Shown piece after piece: positions 60,803 through 64,000 of a DNA stretch of 64,000 bases (its first letter is position 1; each line of letters starts with the position of its first letter). The position numbers were made by a program, and so were the translations under genes. The notes beneath the pieces are model-generated. The model was not told where the DNA came from and searched no databases. It saw only the letters and a list, made by a program, of their open reading frames with translations. Location: NCBI RefSeq assembly GCF_009914755.1, contig NC_060938.1. The stretch is one strand, 5' to 3'. This DNA comes from the human T2T-CHM13v2.0 reference genome, Homo sapiens.

Positions 60803-61110
60803 TGAGGCTGGGTGTGATGGGTCATGCCTATAATCCCAACACTTTGGGAGGCCAAGGCAGGTGGATTGCTTGAGCCCAGGAGTTTGAAACCAGCCTGGGC
60901 AACATGGTGAGACCCCATCTCTACTAAAAATAGAAAAATTAGCCAGGCATGGTGGTGTGTGCCTGTGATCTAGCTACTTGCGAAGCTGAAGTGGGAGGAT
61001 CACCGGAGCCCAGGAGGTTGAACTGCATTTAGCTGTGTTTGTGCCACGGCACTCAGCCTGGGCAACAGGAGTGAGACCCCATCTTAAAAACAGGAAAAAA
61101 AAAAGTTGAA
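60803..61110 (+). mobile_element. Old Alu in PARP2 intron 8
   Basis: GGCTGGGTGTGATGGGTCATGCCTATAATCCCAACACTTTGGGAGGCCAAGGCAGGTGGATTGCTTGAGCCCAGGAG... Confidence 0.8.
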
Positions 61111-61199
61111 AGATGAAAGTCTTTTTTAGGGAAGGATGTTAAGTACAGTTCACTAGATGGGATCCTAGTTTGGAGTCTGATCTCTGGGTGGGCCTGCAG

Positions 61200-61338
61200 G
61201 GAAGCTGACAGTGGCACAAATCAAGGCAGGTTACCAGTCTCTTAAGAAGATTGAGGATTGTATTCGGGCTGGCCAGCATGGACAAGCTCTCATGGAAGCA
61301 TGCAATGAATTCTACACCAGGATTCCGCATGACTTTGG
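61200..61338 (+). CDS. PARP2: PARP2 exon 9 (GKLTVAQIKAGYQSLKKIEDCIRAGQHGRALMEACNEFYTRIPHDF+gg)
   Basis: Acceptor ggcctgcAG, donor GTAAGGCC. Confidence 0.9.
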
Positions 61339-62142
61339 GTAAGGCCTGTGCTGTTACTTCACTTTGTTCTTCTACCTATACATATCCCCTGTATCCATCA
61401 GCAGCAGCTATAATCTTTTAAATCTTTTATTCCTAAGAAAATGATCGTCTTGAATAGGTACAGAAACAAAATGATATATAGGTAGCCTATTTAATCAGCT
61501 TACAAATATGGGATGCAATCTCCCGGCTTGACCACAGCCATATTCTCTGACAAAGTGGAAGTTACCAACCCAAGAGAGAATGGGTCTAGCTATCCAACCA
61601 CCCAAGTAAAACACCTTCAGGCATATCACCCCCTTTTCCTATTTGAGTAACTAAAACCACACAAACACCATTTCTGTGAACTCAAGTGATATTAGATAGA
61701 CAAAATAACATTTTACATTTGTTGATTCTGTTTTCTGGTTTACATCCGATTTCTATTTCTTTTATTGCTTTATAGAGCCCCGTGACCTAGAAATAACCCT
61801 GAGTGGTCAACAGGTCTACCTGTGCTTCTAGATAGAACTGTATCCAACTGTTCCCTGTTGATATCAATATAACTTATTTTTAAATGATTTTATAAAAAAT
61901 AATTTTAACTCTAGTCTCAAAAGTCAAAATCCACATAGTTCATCTTATACCGAGTATATATTTAATATTATTTTATATATTTGGAAGTTAAGATCTCTTT
62001 ACAGATCTCTTTCTCTCTCAAATGGAAAACCTGTTTCTCATACCTGTTTTCTAAAGGACCTATCTGTCATTTTCTATTTTTAGTCATGCGCCTTTTAGCC
62101 ACATGTCAGAAAGCTCATTATGGGTTATATCTCTGTTCTTAG

Positions 62143-62206
62143 ACTCCGTACTCCTCCACTAATCCGGACACAGAAGGAACTGTCAGAAAAAATACAATTA
62201 CTAGAG
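62143..62206 (+). CDS. PARP2: PARP2 exon 10 (GLRTPPLIRTQKELSEKIQLLE)
   Basis: Acceptor tgttcttAG, donor GTGAGATA. Confidence 0.9.
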
Positions 62207-62287
62207 GTGAGATATGTATGATTTGAGAAGTATTATATCCCTTATACCAGTGTCCTCCCACATTGATTCTATATCTCATCTTCTCAG

Positions 62288-62422
62288 GCTTTGGGAGACA
62301 TTGAAATTGCTATTAAGCTGGTGAAAACAGAGCTACAAAGCCCAGAACACCCATTGGACCAACACTATAGAAACCTACATTGTGCCTTGCGCCCCCTTGA
62401 CCATGAAAGTTATGAGTTCAAA
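62288..62422 (+). CDS. PARP2: PARP2 exon 11 (ALGDIEIAIKLVKTELQSPEHPLDQHYRNLHCALRPLDHESYEFK)
   Basis: ORF track 62291..62662; acceptor tcttctcAG, donor GTAAGAAA. Confidence 0.9.
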
Positions 62423-62697
62423 GTAAGAAAAATGATCATTTATTTTCATATTCTTGCACCCTTAACCACCTCCCCCATCCCACTGTTCTCTAACTACTTC
62501 TTGTCAAGAGCAAATTGTCAATTAGGGCAGACTTTTTATGTACTAGGGATTTGGGAAGGCCAAGCTTTTCCTAGCTGCCTTGTAAGACTGTTTGGGAGCA
62601 GAAAGGTCTGCCAAGTTATATCAGAATCCCCAAATTCTTCAGTTCAGCTCAGTCTCTTGTAGAGTCTACATCAGCCTTTTTGTCTTATTTTTCACAG

Positions 62698-62825
62698 GTG
62701 ATTTCCCAGTACCTACAATCTACCCATGCTCCCACACACAGCGACTATACCATGACCTTGCTGGATTTGTTTGAAGTGGAGAAGGATGGTGAGAAAGAAG
62801 CCTTCAGAGAGGACCTTCATAACAG
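62698..62825 (+). CDS. PARP2: PARP2 exon 12 (VISQYLQSTHAPTHSDYTMTLLDLFEVEKDGEKEAFREDLHN+ag), catalytic domain start
   Basis: ORF track 62680..63009; acceptor ttttcacAG, donor GTCTGAGT. Confidence 0.9.
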
Positions 62826-62980
62826 GTCTGAGTCTAGCTTTGCGTTTGGAAAGACACTCCTTGCCCGAAAGTACAGCTGTAGAACTTATAAGAGGGAGTC
62901 AGAGGAAGGTGTTGGCTTTTTTATGCTTATGGCCTATCTGTGCAGAACAACAGAGTACAATAATATTGGCTTTTCCTTAG

Positions 62981-63080
62981 GATGCTTCTATGGCATGGTT
63001 CCAGGATGAGTAACTGGGTGGGAATCTTGAGCCATGGGCTTCGAATTGCCCCACCTGAAGCTCCCATCACAGGTTACATG
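62981..63080 (+). CDS. PARP2: PARP2 exon 13 ([34 protein letters not shown]), PARP signature
   Basis: ORF track 62982..63248; acceptor ttccttAG, donor GTGAGTGA. Confidence 0.92.
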
Positions 63081-63441
63081 GTGAGTGAAATTGAACTCTG
63101 GGAGGAGCACAGGGGAAAGGGATACAGTAATGTTCTCAGTGCTTTTTTTCCTAGATTAGGATTAGATGGTTCCCCTCCCCAAGAGTTAAGCCAGCTCACT
63201 GATAACCTTGTCATCTCTTACTGTGTCCCTCTTTCTTTAAATTCTTAAAGATACCTCACCTTTCCCTCAGAAGGCGGAAATTCACAGGGGCTTCTACCCT
63301 CTCTAGAACAGAATTGTGAGGGGAAATGGAGAAGGGTCTATATTGTGTTTAAGGGAATGGAAAAACAGGGTCAGTGGTATGCACCTTCTCTCTAACACAG
63401 TGGGTTAGAAGCTGACCTTGGTATTCATGTATATATTTCAG

Positions 63442-63540
63442 TTTGGGAAAGGAATCTACTTTGCTGACATGTCTTCCAAGAGTGCCAATTACTGCTTTGC
63501 CTCTCGCCTAAAGAATACAGGACTGCTGCTCTTATCAGAG
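63442..63540 (+). CDS. PARP2: PARP2 exon 14 ([33 protein letters not shown])
   Basis: ORF track 63418..63603; acceptor tatttcAG, donor GTGAGACA. Confidence 0.92.
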
Positions 63541-63791
63541 GTGAGACAGGAGTTTCACAGGTCTGTGATCTCTAGTTTATTAATTCCAGTTTTTTTCCAA
63601 TGAGAAAAGTTTGACCCCAGAACCAAGAGGTTTACCTGGGATAGCTTGAGAGAGGACCAAGTACAATTTCTAGTACATTGGATTCCTCTGCTGGAGTAGG
63701 GGAAAAAAGTACTGATGGGATTTTCTGTTTGGCTTTGGAGCCATCTAATTCTTAGTAGGATATGGGAATTCAAAGGTTTTTTGCTTTGCAG

Positions 63792-63916
63792 GTAGCTCTA
63801 GGTCAGTGTAATGAACTACTAGAGGCCAATCCTAAGGCCGAAGGATTGCTTCAAGGTAAACATAGCACCAAGGGGCTGGGCAAGATGGCTCCCAGTTCTG
63901 CCCACTTCGTCACCCT
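63792..63916 (+). CDS. PARP2: PARP2 exon 15 (VALGQCNELLEANPKAEGLLQGKHSTKGLGKMAPSSAHFVT+ct); final exon lies beyond window end
   Basis: Acceptor ctttgcAG, donor GTAAGTAC. Confidence 0.9.
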
Positions 63917-64000
63917 GTAAGTACTCAGAACCAGGAGGACTAGAAGACTCCTTTTGGCCAGATAAGACTACGTTCTCTATTGCAGCTTCTGAACCAGAGA

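Overview
Human genomic DNA from 14q11.2. The window is not prokaryotic and contains no CRISPR array or operon-type system. Four genes are recognisable from the sequence. (1) TTC5, minus strand: coding exons 1-8 at 12183 down to 1571, with a CpG-island promoter near 12200. (2) CCNB1IP1/HEI10, minus strand: three coding exons (22907..22611, 20187..19854, 18138..17936), a 3' UTR ending near 17752, and a C/D-box snoRNA (SNORD126) in an upstream intron at about 32833-32907. (3) RPPH1 (RNase P H1 RNA), minus strand, 49455..49795. (4) PARP2, plus strand: coding exons 1-15 from the ATG at 50026 to 63916, with the last exon beyond the window. RPPH1 and PARP2 are transcribed divergently from a bidirectional promoter of about 230 bp inside a CpG island. 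The RPPH1 side is a pol III type-3 promoter with TATA box, PSE, Staf site and octamer. The PARP2 side carries a perfect CRE palindrome. Between TTC5 and CCNB1IP1 lies a full-length SVA retrotransposon (15507-17705) flanked by a 16-bp target-site duplication. The rest of the window is heavily loaded with Alu SINEs (about 50 copies, several with intact target-site duplications), a few MIR and L1 fragments, and simple repeats. Gene identities and several coordinates rest on recalled protein, RNA and gene coordinates; exon borders were set by matching splice-site consensus and reading-frame continuity in the sequence.
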